From Candidatus Omnitrophota bacterium (lineage in GTDB: Bacteria; Omnitrophota; Gorgyraeia; Gygaellales; Profunditerraquicolaceae): DNA of 64,000 nt. Positions within the stretch are counted from its first letter, which is position 1; every line of letters begins with the position of its first letter. This document shows positions 46,754 through 54,727 of the stretch, one piece after another. The stretch is from the NCBI GenBank assembly GCA_028715785.1, contig JAQURC010000006.1:21630-85629 (forward strand), read 5' to 3'. The notes under the pieces are model-generated. The model saw only the letters and a program-made list of their open reading frames with translations. It ran no database searches and was not told where the DNA came from. The position numbers were made by a program, and so were the translations under genes.

Positions 46754-47914
46754 ATGCAAATATCAAAAGTTGTAGAAAAAATGCAGCCATCGGGCATCCG
46801 GGCGTTCTTTGATTTAGTGCTCGGGATGAAGGATGTTATATCTTTAGGAGTGGGGGAGCCGGATTTTGTCACCCCCTGGCAGATCCGTGAGGCCGGGATC
46901 TATTCCCTGGAGCAGGGTTTTACCAGTTATACCTCGAATAAAGGGCTGTATAAACTGCGTTTAGGAATCCACCGTTTTTTAAAAAGTGAATACGGCCTGG
47001 ACTATTGCCCGGATGAGGAAATATTAATTACCGTGGGAGTCAGCGAGGGCATTGACCTGCTTATGCGGGCGATCATTAACCCCGGCGATAAGATATTGGT
47101 TCCCCAACCCAGTTATGTTTCATACGGCCCGGTTACCGAGCTTGCCGGCGGCACTCCGGTTTATATCGATACCTCAAAAGATGGATTCAAAATCACGCCC
47201 AGGCTTTTAGAAAAACATATCGATAAGAAGACCAAAGGTATTGTTTTGAATTACCCCACCAATCCTACCGGTGTTTCATACCGCCGCAAGGAGCTGCTGG
47301 ATATAAATAAAGTTTTATTAAAACATAAAATACTTTGTATCAGTGATGAAGTTTATGGCGACCTGACTTATGATTTTGAGCATGTTGCTTTTCCGGCTTT
47401 ACCGGGTGCCAGGAAAAATACGGTTTATTTTAACGGATTTTCCAAGTCATACGCGATGACCGGCTGGCGCGTGGGATTTGCCTGCGGCCCGAAAGAGATC
47501 ATCGCGGCGATGACTAAAATCCATCAATATACGATTATGTGCGTATCGATCACCAGCCAGATGGCCGCGGCAGAGGCATTGGTCAGCGGCAGGAGATCGG
47601 TAGAGCAGATGAAACGCGAATATAACCGCAGGCGGGAGCTGATGACCTTTGAATTAAATTCTTTGGGATTAAAATGCTTCCGGCCGCAGGGAGCTTTTTA
47701 TGTTTTTCCCTGCATTAAAAGCGCAGGTTTGTCGTCTATGGAATTCTCGCGCCAATTATTGAAAGAGGAGAAGGTGGCGGTGGTCCCGGGAACTGCTTTT
47801 GGTCCCTGCGCGGAAGGTTATATCAGGATTTCTTACGCTTCCAGCATGGATAATTTAAAGGAAGCTTTGAATAGAATAAAAAGATTTTTAAATAGAAGGA
47901 CACCCCGCGCTTAA
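46754..47914 (+). CDS. PLP-dependent aminotransferase, class I (aspartate/aromatic family).
   Basis: Conserved PLP-lysine context FSKSYAMTGWRVGF. N-terminal ISLGVGEPDF and NYPTNPTG motifs typical of fold-type I aminotransferases. Confidence 0.8.
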   Translation: MQISKVVEKMQPSGIRAFFDLVLGMKDVISLGVGEPDFVTPWQIREAGIYSLEQGFTSYTSNKGLYKLRLGIHRFLKSEYGLDYCPDEEILITVGVSEGIDLLMRAIINPGDKILVPQPSYVSYGPVTELAGGTPVYIDTSKDGFKITPRLLEKHIDKKTKGIVLNYPTNPTGVSYRRKELLDINKVLLKHKILCISDEVYGDLTYDFEHVAFPALPGARKNTVYFNGFSKSYAMTGWRVGFACGPKEIIAAMTKIHQYTIMCVSITSQMAAAEALVSGRRSVEQMKREYNRRRELMTFELNSLGLKCFRPQGAFYVFPCIKSAGLSSMEFSRQLLKEEKVAVVPGTAFGPCAEGYIRISYASSMDNLKEALNRIKRFLNRRTPRA

Positions 47915-47932
47915 AGGTATTGCGCGGGTGTT
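47899..47932. repeat. REP-like hairpin family R2, copy 2 (ACACCCCGCGC-TTAAAGGTATT-GCGCGGGTGTTG). It overlaps the last four codons and the stop of the aminotransferase gene.
   Basis: Same stem and loop as 45349. The gene's C-terminal ...TPRA* is encoded by the element. Confidence 0.7.
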
Positions 47933-47950
47933 GTCTTCGTAGACAAGATA

Positions 47951-48673
47951 ATGGCTGCTAAAAAAGACAATTTCCAGGTTTATGTAAAACAGATTGAGGC
48001 TATTTCAAAAGTGGCAAACCTGCTTACTTCCGGGATGTATTTGGAAGAGCTCCTGCGTTTAGTGGTGCAGGTTACCGCTGAAATTATGAACTCCAAAATT
48101 TCTTCTTTGATGCTGCTTGACCCGGAGAAAAAAGAGCTGGTGGTTAAAGCTACGCAGTCAATATCCGAGGCCTACAATAAAAAGCCTAATATCCGTTTAG
48201 GCGAAGGTATAGCCGGCATGGTTGCCCGGGAGAATAAGCCGATGTGTATCCTGGATGTTAAAAGCGATGCGCGCTATCTAAACCAGGATGTGGCTAAAAA
48301 AGAGGGCTTATGTTCTTTGGCTTGCGTGCCGTTGGCAGTCAAGGGAAGAGTCATCGGGGTACTCAACTGTTATACTTCTAAAAAGCACAAATTTTCTAAA
48401 CACGAATTGGATCTTTTGACGGCTCTGGCCAATCAGGCGGCCATTGCTATCGAAAACGCAGAGCTGGATTTACGCGTCCGCTCGGCAGAAGAGGCCCTGA
48501 CCATTCGTAAGCTGGTCGAGAGGGCAAAGGACATCCTTTCCCAGGAAGCAAACATTGCGCCTTCAGAAGCATACCGTTTGATCCAGAAGCAAAGTATGGA
48601 TATGCGAAAATCCATGCGCGAGGTGGCCGAGGCGATTATTCTGGCAAAAGATATAAGGACCAGGAAAAAATGA
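47951..48673 (+). CDS. GAF-ANTAR one-component RNA-binding antitermination regulator.
   Basis: N-terminal GAF-like domain (~aa 20-170). C-terminal ANTAR domain ending ...[45 protein letters not shown], matching the ANTAR helical signature. 4-nt overlap with nadE. Confidence 0.7.
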   Translation: MAAKKDNFQVYVKQIEAISKVANLLTSGMYLEELLRLVVQVTAEIMNSKISSLMLLDPEKKELVVKATQSISEAYNKKPNIRLGEGIAGMVARENKPMCILDVKSDARYLNQDVAKKEGLCSLACVPLAVKGRVIGVLNCYTSKKHKFSKHELDLLTALANQAAIAIENAELDLRVRSAEEALTIRKLVERAKDILSQEANIAPSEAYRLIQKQSMDMRKSMREVAEAIILAKDIRTRKK

Positions 48674-50355
48674 AAGATAAATCTTTGCGCCTGGCAATTG
48701 CGCAGGTAAATTCCACTGTCGGCGACCTGCGAGGGAATGCCGCTAAAATCAGCCGGTATATCGAAAAAGCAAAAGATTGCGGCGCAGATATCGTCTGTTT
48801 CCCGGAATTGGCGCTTTGCGGATACCCTCCCGAAGACCTCCTGTTAAAACCAAAATTCATCAGTGATAACCTCAAAGCCTTAAAAAAGTTGGCCAGGGCC
48901 ATAAAAGGCAATATCACCGCGATTGTAGGTTTTGCCGATGGCAGGGGCAAAGTGGCCTATAATGCCGCCGCGGTAATTTATAACCGGAAAATTAAAGGGG
49001 TCTACCGCAAGGTCCTTCTGCCCAATTACGGGGTTTTTGATGAGAAACGTTATTTTGAGCCCGGAGACAAGCCCCTGGTTTTTAAGTTTGGTGATTTTAT
49101 CTTTGGAGTAAATATCTGTGAGGACATTTGGTATCCGAGCGGCCCGACAAAATCGCAGGCGGAAGCGGGAGCAAAATTAATCCTGAATATCAATGCCTCT
49201 CCCTATTATGCGGCTAAATTCAAGCAAAGGCAGGCGGTTATTGCCGGCCAGGCCAAGAGCAACAGGGTGTTTGTGGTTTACGCTAACCTTGTCGGCGGCC
49301 AGGATGAGCTGGTATTTGACGGCCAGAGCATGATTGTCGATAATAAGGGGAAAACGCTGGCGCGCGCCAGGGCCTTTGCGGAGGATTTATTAATCCAGGA
49401 TTTAGATATTCCCGCAAGCAAGGTAAGCCCTTCTAGAAAGATAATTAGAATTTCGAACATATTGCAGCCGGCAAAGAAAAAAATAGTTACCCAGGAAGAG
49501 CCTGAGATTTTACGGCCTGTAGAAGAGATTTACCGGGCATTGGTCTTAGGATTAAGGGATTATGTGCTTAAAAACGGTTTTGGAAAAGTTATCATCGGTT
49601 TAAGCGGCGGGATTGATTCTTCTTTGGTGGCGGCGCTGGCAGTGGATGCTTTAGGTAAAGAAAATGTTACCGGCGTATTCATGCCTTCGCGCTATTCTTC
49701 CAGCCACTCACATGAAGACGCTATCATGCTAGCGAGAAATTTAGGGATTAAATTTATCACTATTTCTATCGAGCAAATATTCAAGTTTTACCTGTTGGCG
49801 CTTGAGCCGCATTTTAAAGGCCTGGGAAGGGATAGCGCCGAGGAGAACCTGCAGGCGCGCATAAGAGGTAATATCCTGATGGCTTTTTCCAACAAATTCG
49901 GCTGGCTGGTCCTGGCTACCGGAAATAAATCAGAGATGAGCACCGGTTATGCCACTCTTTACGGCGATATGGCCGGAGGGCTTGCCGTGATCAAAGATGT
50001 GCCCAAAACATTGGTTTATAAATTATCCAGGCACAGGAATTCTATCTGTCAAGTTATCCCCGAGCGCGTATTTACCAAGGCCCCTACTGCCGAACTGAAA
50101 CCAAACCAGAAGGACCAGGATACCCTGCCGCCTTATGAAATCCTGGATGCGATCCTGAAAGCCTATGTTGAAGAAGATAAGGATTTGGCAAAAATTGTCT
50201 CTTCAGGTTTTAATAAAGAAACAGTCAATAAGACTATTAGTATGGTGGATAAAAATGAATATAAACGCAGGCAGTCTCCGCCGGGTATCAAGATTACGCC
50301 CAAGGCCTTTGGCCGGGACAGGCGCATGCCGATTACCAATAAGTACCGCGGTTAG
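48670..50355 (+). CDS. nadE: Glutamine-dependent NAD+ synthetase NadE (N-terminal nitrilase/glutaminase domain plus C-terminal synthetase domain).
   Basis: CN-hydrolase domain (LRLAIAQVN..., catalytic context [19 protein letters not shown]). PP-loop GLSGGIDSS and the NAD synthetase core. Confidence 0.85.
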   Translation: MKDKSLRLAIAQVNSTVGDLRGNAAKISRYIEKAKDCGADIVCFPELALCGYPPEDLLLKPKFISDNLKALKKLARAIKGNITAIVGFADGRGKVAYNAAAVIYNRKIKGVYRKVLLPNYGVFDEKRYFEPGDKPLVFKFGDFIFGVNICEDIWYPSGPTKSQAEAGAKLILNINASPYYAAKFKQRQAVIAGQAKSNRVFVVYANLVGGQDELVFDGQSMIVDNKGKTLARARAFAEDLLIQDLDIPASKVSPSRKIIRISNILQPAKKKIVTQEEPEILRPVEEIYRALVLGLRDYVLKNGFGKVIIGLSGGIDSSLVAALAVDALGKENVTGVFMPSRYSSSHSHEDAIMLARNLGIKFITISIEQIFKFYLLALEPHFKGLGRDSAEENLQARIRGNILMAFSNKFGWLVLATGNKSEMSTGYATLYGDMAGGLAVIKDVPKTLVYKLSRHRNSICQVIPERVFTKAPTAELKPNQKDQDTLPPYEILDAILKAYVEEDKDLAKIVSSGFNKETVNKTISMVDKNEYKRRQSPPGIKITPKAFGRDRRMPITNKYRG

Positions 50356-50381
50356 AAAGATATAAAAGGCGAAAAGCAGCT

Positions 50382-51062
50382 GTGCAATTCATGGAGTTAT
50401 TTCAAAAACTAATTAATATATTGCTTAATTTTGATACCCACCTTAGTGTCCTGATCCAGCAGTGCGGTTTGTGGACATATCTCATACTTTTCGGGGTTAT
50501 CTTTGCCGAGACCGGGTTTGTGGTAACGCCGTTTCTGCCCGGAGATTCGCTTCTTTTTGTGCTGGGCGCTTTTGCCGCGCAAGGGACATTCCATCCTTTT
50601 GTTTTGGCCGGCATCCTGATGTGCGCGGCAATATTGGGCGACAGTGTTAATTATGCCATTGGGAAATATTTGGGAAATCGCCTGGTCAACGCCAAACATA
50701 TCCCTTTTTTTAAGAAAGAGTACCTGGATCGCACCCATCACTTTTATAAAAAGTACGGCGGAAAAACTATTATTTTAGCCAGGTTTATACCCGTAGTACG
50801 GATGTTTGCGCCGTTTATAGCAGGAATCGTGCGTATGGATTACGCCAAATTCTTTATCTATAATGTAATCGGAGGCGTATTATGGGTGGCAATTTTTGTG
50901 TTCGGCGGTTTTTATTTCGGGAATATTCCTATTGTGAAAGAGAATTTTTCTTTAGTCGCGCTATTGATTATAGGTATTTCAATAATGCCGGTTATAATTG
51001 AATTTTTTAAAGCAAGAACAAGAATTAAGCAGGGAGCTAAATACGCCGCACCTTCGGAATGA
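50382..51062 (+). CDS. DedA-family membrane protein.
   Basis: Four or more TM segments with the DedA signature region (FGVIFAETGFVVTPFLPGDSLLF; YGGKTIILARFIPVVRMFAPFIAGI). Confidence 0.75.
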   Translation: MQFMELFQKLINILLNFDTHLSVLIQQCGLWTYLILFGVIFAETGFVVTPFLPGDSLLFVLGAFAAQGTFHPFVLAGILMCAAILGDSVNYAIGKYLGNRLVNAKHIPFFKKEYLDRTHHFYKKYGGKTIILARFIPVVRMFAPFIAGIVRMDYAKFFIYNVIGGVLWVAIFVFGGFYFGNIPIVKENFSLVALLIIGISIMPVIIEFFKARTRIKQGAKYAAPSE

Positions 51063-51129
51063 ATTTTAGTTGACAAATCCCTAAAATGTGTTAAACTTTA
51101 AATAGATTACAGCGTTGTAGTAAAAGACA

Positions 51130-51176
51130 CAGAAGTCTTCTGGCAGGAAAGTTTGCCCAGAAGGCTTTTTTATTTG
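51130..51176 (+). terminator. Rho-independent terminator after dedA (CTTCTGGC ... GCCCAGAAGGC + TTTTTTATTT).
   Basis: ~9-bp stem with one bulge followed by a T-run, 70 nt after the stop. Confidence 0.5.
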
Positions 51177-51186
51177 TCAGGACTAA

Positions 51187-51320
51187 GGCGTCCTTTGCCC
51201 ACCGGGGCACATCCGCGCAATACCTTATAAGCGCGGGGTGTACCCATATGGGGCCAAAGGACGTTTTTGTTTTCCACCACCTGGTGGACATCCGCGCAAT
51301 ACCTATTAGCGCGGGGTGTT
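51187..51320. repeat. Structured region with two inverted-orientation R2 hairpins (51208-51244 and 51287-51320). The first is nested in an outer stem GGCGTCCTTTGCCC / GGGCCAAAGGACG + TTTTTGTTTT. It precedes the sigma-factor gene.
   Basis: CACATCCGCGC-AATACCTTATAA-GCGCGGGGTGT and GACATCCGCGC-AATACCTATTA-GCGCGGGGTGT, the reverse complements of the 45349 family. The outer 13-bp inverted repeat plus T-run resembles a terminator. Confidence 0.65.
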
Positions 51321-51334
51321 ATGAGGATTAAAAT

Positions 51335-51853
51335 ATGAGTTTTGAAGAGCTGCACCAGAAACTGTCGCCGACAATCAAGCGGATTGCCTATAAGCTAAAC
51401 GGGCGTTATCGCTCCTTTAACCATGACGACCTGTATCAGGAGGCATCAATCCACCTTTGGAGCAATTTTCTAAAAGGAAAGCTTAGCGATAAGACCGAAA
51501 GCTATATCCTGCAGGGGTGTTATTTTCATCTGAAAAATTATATCCGTAAGGTGAATGAACGCTCCAATGTTATCAGTATTGATGCTACGTTGAGCGCGGA
51601 TGGGGCAACTATAGAGGATGTGTTGGGGAAATATTGGTCTTCTCCGGATTGCCGGGGGCAATTGCATAATATATTTTTAGCGCGGAGTATCCAGAATAAT
51701 GGTTTCAACCTCAAAGAAAAAAAGCTGCTTGCCTATTTCAGCCAGGGCCTGACTACCAGAGAGATAGGCAAGCGTATGGGGATCTCTCACGTTAGCGTAG
51801 TAAAGCTGATGCAGAAGGTTAGAGCCAGGGCCCAAAAACATTTGGATAAATAA
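51335..51853 (+). CDS. Small sigma-70-family / LuxR-type HTH protein (ECF-like sigma factor, 172 aa).
   Basis: Region-2-like segment (DDLYQEASIHLWSNF) and C-terminal region-4 HTH (LTTREIGKRMGISHVSVVKLMQKVR). Confidence 0.5.
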   Translation: MSFEELHQKLSPTIKRIAYKLNGRYRSFNHDDLYQEASIHLWSNFLKGKLSDKTESYILQGCYFHLKNYIRKVNERSNVISIDATLSADGATIEDVLGKYWSSPDCRGQLHNIFLARSIQNNGFNLKEKKLLAYFSQGLTTREIGKRMGISHVSVVKLMQKVRARAQKHLDK

Positions 51854-51920
51854 AAGAGATCCTTCGTTTGTAGATAAAAGCTTATTGTAGACTCAGGACA
51901 AATTTTGCTACGCAAAATTT

Positions 51921-51951
51921 GGTTACCAGATTTAAGCATTCTTTACTTGTA
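51921..51951 (+). promoter_or_regulatory. Conserved promoter/operator-like motif GGTTACCA-N11-TCTTTACTTGTA (copy 1 of 3), preceded by the perfect palindrome CAAATTTTGC-TAC-GCAAAATTTG (51899-51921).
   Basis: Same bipartite motif at 54591 and 56928, each upstream of a nitrogen-assimilation unit and each preceded by an A/T-rich tract. Confidence 0.55.
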
Positions 51952-51989
51952 GTGACGTAAGGCACATTGAAGTGTAAGATTTAAACATA

Positions 51990-52020
51990 GGCGTTCTATG
52001 AAAATAGAGCGCCTTTTTTA
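51990..52020 (+). terminator. Leader terminator/attenuator: GGCGTTCTAT-GAAA-ATAGAGCGCC + TTTTTTATT. Alternative hairpin CATAG-GCGTT-CTATG (51985-51999) overlaps its 5' arm.
   Basis: 10-bp stem, GNRA tetraloop, U-tract. It sits between the conserved motif and the RBS GGAAAGGAG of the OMP gene. Mutually exclusive alternative pairing is seen directly in the sequence. Confidence 0.6.
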
Positions 52021-52036
52021 TTCGGAAAGGAGAATA

Positions 52037-52864
52037 ATGGCGAAACGAATTGGATTGATTTTTGCGGTTTTCTGCGTCTTTGTTTTATCAAATGCGTACG
52101 CAACTCCTTCAACGCACATCTGGGCTCCGTCAACGGATATCCAGCCTTATAAGAAAATCCACGTTACCTCGGATTTTTATTTTCCCACGACCGGCAAAGG
52201 CACCAACGCCGATAATTACGATCAGCATAATTATGTCCAGCAGGTATACGGCCTTACCTTTAGTTTATTATCGGATAAACCGGAAGAGAATCTTTTAGGC
52301 AAACTCTGGCAGCCGCTGGGAAAGATTATGGCGGAGACCGGTTTTGATTATAAAAAGGGGTTTGGTTCTTTCTATGATTCGACTCCCTGGTATTTTCATT
52401 TTAAGTTCGGCATCCCCGAAGGTTATTCAAAATTTACCTGCCCGTTAGGCAGCGCGGATATGCCCGCAATCGCCGCGGGTATGTATGACATGGGAACCAG
52501 AAGCCACCGGACGAATTATAACGTTGCTTATGTTAAGGCCGCAAAGACCGTTAATCTAGGCAAGGTTAATCTGGGAAGGTTTTCCGCCGGTTATTTTAAG
52601 GGAAATGGCAGGCTGCTTAGGGGCAGGGATGGTTTGCGGGATAACGCCGGGCCGATGTTTGCCTGGGAACGCACAATGTGCGAGATAAGCCCGAAGTTAT
52701 GGCTGTGCGTGGATTATCAGGGCACGCAATCATCTTACGGAGCGATTAATTACGGTTTTGCCTGGAGTTTTACGCCGGACATCTCGGCGATCCTTGCGTA
52801 TGATATTTATAATAACCGTAATTTAACCGACACTATTACGCTTCAATTGGATATTAATTTCTAA
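52037..52864 (+). CDS. Outer-membrane beta-barrel protein, first gene of the amt operon. Start MAKRIGLIFAV... at 52037; the track's 51998 start lies inside the leader hairpin.
   Basis: Signal peptide ending SNAYA. Beta-strand-rich, ends ...LQLDINF (terminal Phe). RBS GGAAAGGAG 7 nt upstream. Confidence 0.55.
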   Translation: MAKRIGLIFAVFCVFVLSNAYATPSTHIWAPSTDIQPYKKIHVTSDFYFPTTGKGTNADNYDQHNYVQQVYGLTFSLLSDKPEENLLGKLWQPLGKIMAETGFDYKKGFGSFYDSTPWYFHFKFGIPEGYSKFTCPLGSADMPAIAAGMYDMGTRSHRTNYNVAYVKAAKTVNLGKVNLGRFSAGYFKGNGRLLRGRDGLRDNAGPMFAWERTMCEISPKLWLCVDYQGTQSSYGAINYGFAWSFTPDISAILAYDIYNNRNLTDTITLQLDINF

Positions 52865-52879
52865 CAGAGGAGGAGCCAA

Positions 52880-54106
52880 ATGAATTCAGGCGATACAGCA
52901 TGGGTGTTAATCTCATCAGCCCTGGTTTTACTGATGACCCCCGGCCTTGCTTTTTTCTACGGAGGCATGGTGCGGCGAAAAAATGTTTTAAGCGTTTTGA
53001 TGCAGTGTTTTATTATTATGTGTGTCTTAAGCCTGCAATGGGTTTTGATTGGTTATAGCTTATCATTTCATCCGGGAAATGGGTTTTGGGGAGGTCTGCA
53101 ATGGCTGGGTTTAAACGGAGTGGGGTTGGAGCCTTACGCGGATTACGCCGGCACAATTCCGCATCAGGCGTTTATGATCTTTCAGGCGATGTTCGCCATA
53201 ATTACTCCGGCTTTGATTATCGGCGCGTTTGCCGAGAGGATGAAATTTTCCGCGTTTCTGATTTTTACTCTGCTTTGGGCAACTTTTGTTTATGATCCGT
53301 TATGCCATTGGGTTTGGGGAATGGGCGGATGGTTAAGGAATTTAGGGGCAATGGATTTTGCCGGAGGAACTGTCGTGCATATTAATGCCGGTATTGCCGC
53401 TCTTGTTACGGCAATAGTATTAGGCAGAAGAGGTAATTTAGAAAAAAATGTGCCTACTCCGCATAATATGCCTTTCGTGGTTTTGGGCACAGGGCTCTTA
53501 TGGTTTGGCTGGTTTGGTTTTAATGCCGGAAGCGCTTTGGCGGCAAATGGATTAGCGGTAAACGCCTTTGTCGTAACCAATACTGCCGCCGCGGCTGCGG
53601 GATTAAGCTGGGCGTTGATTGAATGGATACGCAATGGCAAACCCACAATTTTCGGCGTATGTTCCGGGGCGGTCGCCGGGTTAGTCGCGATTACTCCGGC
53701 AGCCGGGTTTGTGGGCGTGGTTGCGGCGATAATTATCGGTTTATTAGTCAGCGTGATTTGTTTTATCGCTGTAACTGTGATTAAGCCTCTGTTCGGTTAT
53801 GATGATTCTCTTGATGCCTTCGGCGTGCATTGCGTAGGAGGGATTTGGGGGGCCTTGGCTACCGGATTATTCGCTTCAAAATTAGTTAACCCTGCCGGAG
53901 CCGACGGATTATTTTTTGGCAACCCCAAACAATTCCTAACACAGCTTTTAGCCGTAGCCGTAACTATTGTTTATACGGCGGTTGTAACATTCGTAATTTA
54001 TAAATTAGTGGATATTTTTGTCGGGGTCAGGGTGGATGAAAAATCCGAAGCTATTGGCTTGGACCTTACGCAGCATCGCGAGAGAGCGTATACGATATTA
54101 GAATGA
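52880..54106 (+). CDS. amtB: Ammonium transporter Amt.
   Basis: 11 TM helices. Amt signature blocks (DFAGGTVVHINAGIAALV, twin-His context GFNAGSAL ... GVHCVGGIWG). Confidence 0.85.
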   Translation: MNSGDTAWVLISSALVLLMTPGLAFFYGGMVRRKNVLSVLMQCFIIMCVLSLQWVLIGYSLSFHPGNGFWGGLQWLGLNGVGLEPYADYAGTIPHQAFMIFQAMFAIITPALIIGAFAERMKFSAFLIFTLLWATFVYDPLCHWVWGMGGWLRNLGAMDFAGGTVVHINAGIAALVTAIVLGRRGNLEKNVPTPHNMPFVVLGTGLLWFGWFGFNAGSALAANGLAVNAFVVTNTAAAAAGLSWALIEWIRNGKPTIFGVCSGAVAGLVAITPAAGFVGVVAAIIIGLLVSVICFIAVTVIKPLFGYDDSLDAFGVHCVGGIWGALATGLFASKLVNPAGADGLFFGNPKQFLTQLLAVAVTIVYTAVVTFVIYKLVDIFVGVRVDEKSEAIGLDLTQHRERAYTILE

Positions 54107-54113
54107 GAAACAT

Positions 54114-54168
54114 GGGGACGGTTCTATTTTTCCATAGCTAACCGTGTTCGAAAAATAGAACCGTCCCC
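54114..54168 (+). other. Long perfect hairpin family T2, copy 2 (GGGGACGGTTCTATTTTT-19 nt loop-AAAAATAGAACCGTCCCC) between amt and glnB.
   Basis: 18-bp perfect stem. Related to the terminator at 17289 (shared arms GGGGACGKTTCTATTTTT and loop start CATAGC). No strong U-tract, so probably a partial terminator or processing site. Confidence 0.5.
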
Positions 54169-54195
54169 AGGATTTTAAAAACTCGGGAGGTATAA

Positions 54196-54537
54196 ATGAA
54201 ATTAATTATTGCGATAATTCAACCCTATAAATTAGAAGAGGTAAAAGAAGAATTGTATAAAGCGGAAGTAAATCTAATTACGGTCAGTGAGGTTTTAGGC
54301 CACGGCCGCCAGAAGGGCCTGACCGAAGTTTACCGCGGCGCAAAGGAAACCGGAAATCTCCTGCGCAAAATCCGCCTTGAGATCGCGGTAAATGATAATT
54401 ATCTTGAGCCAACCATTAAAGCAATCGTCAAAGGTGCCAAAACCGGCGAAACCGGCGACGGAAAAATTTTTGTGCTGGATTTAAAAGAGTGTGTGCGTAT
54501 AAGGACTGAAGAGCGCGGAAGCTTGGCGATAGGATAG
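54196..54537 (+). CDS. glnB: Nitrogen regulatory protein P-II (GlnB/GlnK).
   Basis: 113 aa. [20 protein letters not shown]..., T-loop region GHGRQKG..YRGA, C-terminal GDGKIFV. Confidence 0.85.
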   Translation: MKLIIAIIQPYKLEEVKEELYKAEVNLITVSEVLGHGRQKGLTEVYRGAKETGNLLRKIRLEIAVNDNYLEPTIKAIVKGAKTGETGDGKIFVLDLKECVRIRTEERGSLAIG

Positions 54538-54545
54538 TAAAACAT

Positions 54546-54589
54546 GGGGGCTGTCCTCTTGAGAGGACCGTCCCCTATTTTAAAAATTT
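54546..54589 (+). terminator. Terminator hairpin after glnB (GGGGGCTGTCCTC-TTGA-GAGGACCGTCCCC) followed by the U-rich TATTTTAAAAATTT.
   Basis: Imperfect ~12-bp stem and U-rich tail, 9 nt after the stop. Confidence 0.5.
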
Positions 54590-54590
54590 A

Positions 54591-54621
54591 GGTTACCAAC
54601 GCTTTGTATTTCTTACTTGTA
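54591..54621 (+). promoter_or_regulatory. Conserved motif GGTTACCA-N11-TTCTTACTTGTA (copy 2), upstream of the GS type III gene. A weak hairpin plus U-tract (54643-54672) follows in the leader.
   Basis: Identical half-sites to the copies at 51921 and 56928. Leader contains GGGGC...GCCTC followed by TTTTATTTT. Confidence 0.55.
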
Positions 54622-54727
54622 ATTAGAGGACGGGGGCGTTCTGGGGCCTTAAAGAATGCCTCTTTTATTTTAACTTAATTGTGGTAAAATTAAACTTAAC
54701 GGAAGAATAGATAATCAGGAGGAAGGA

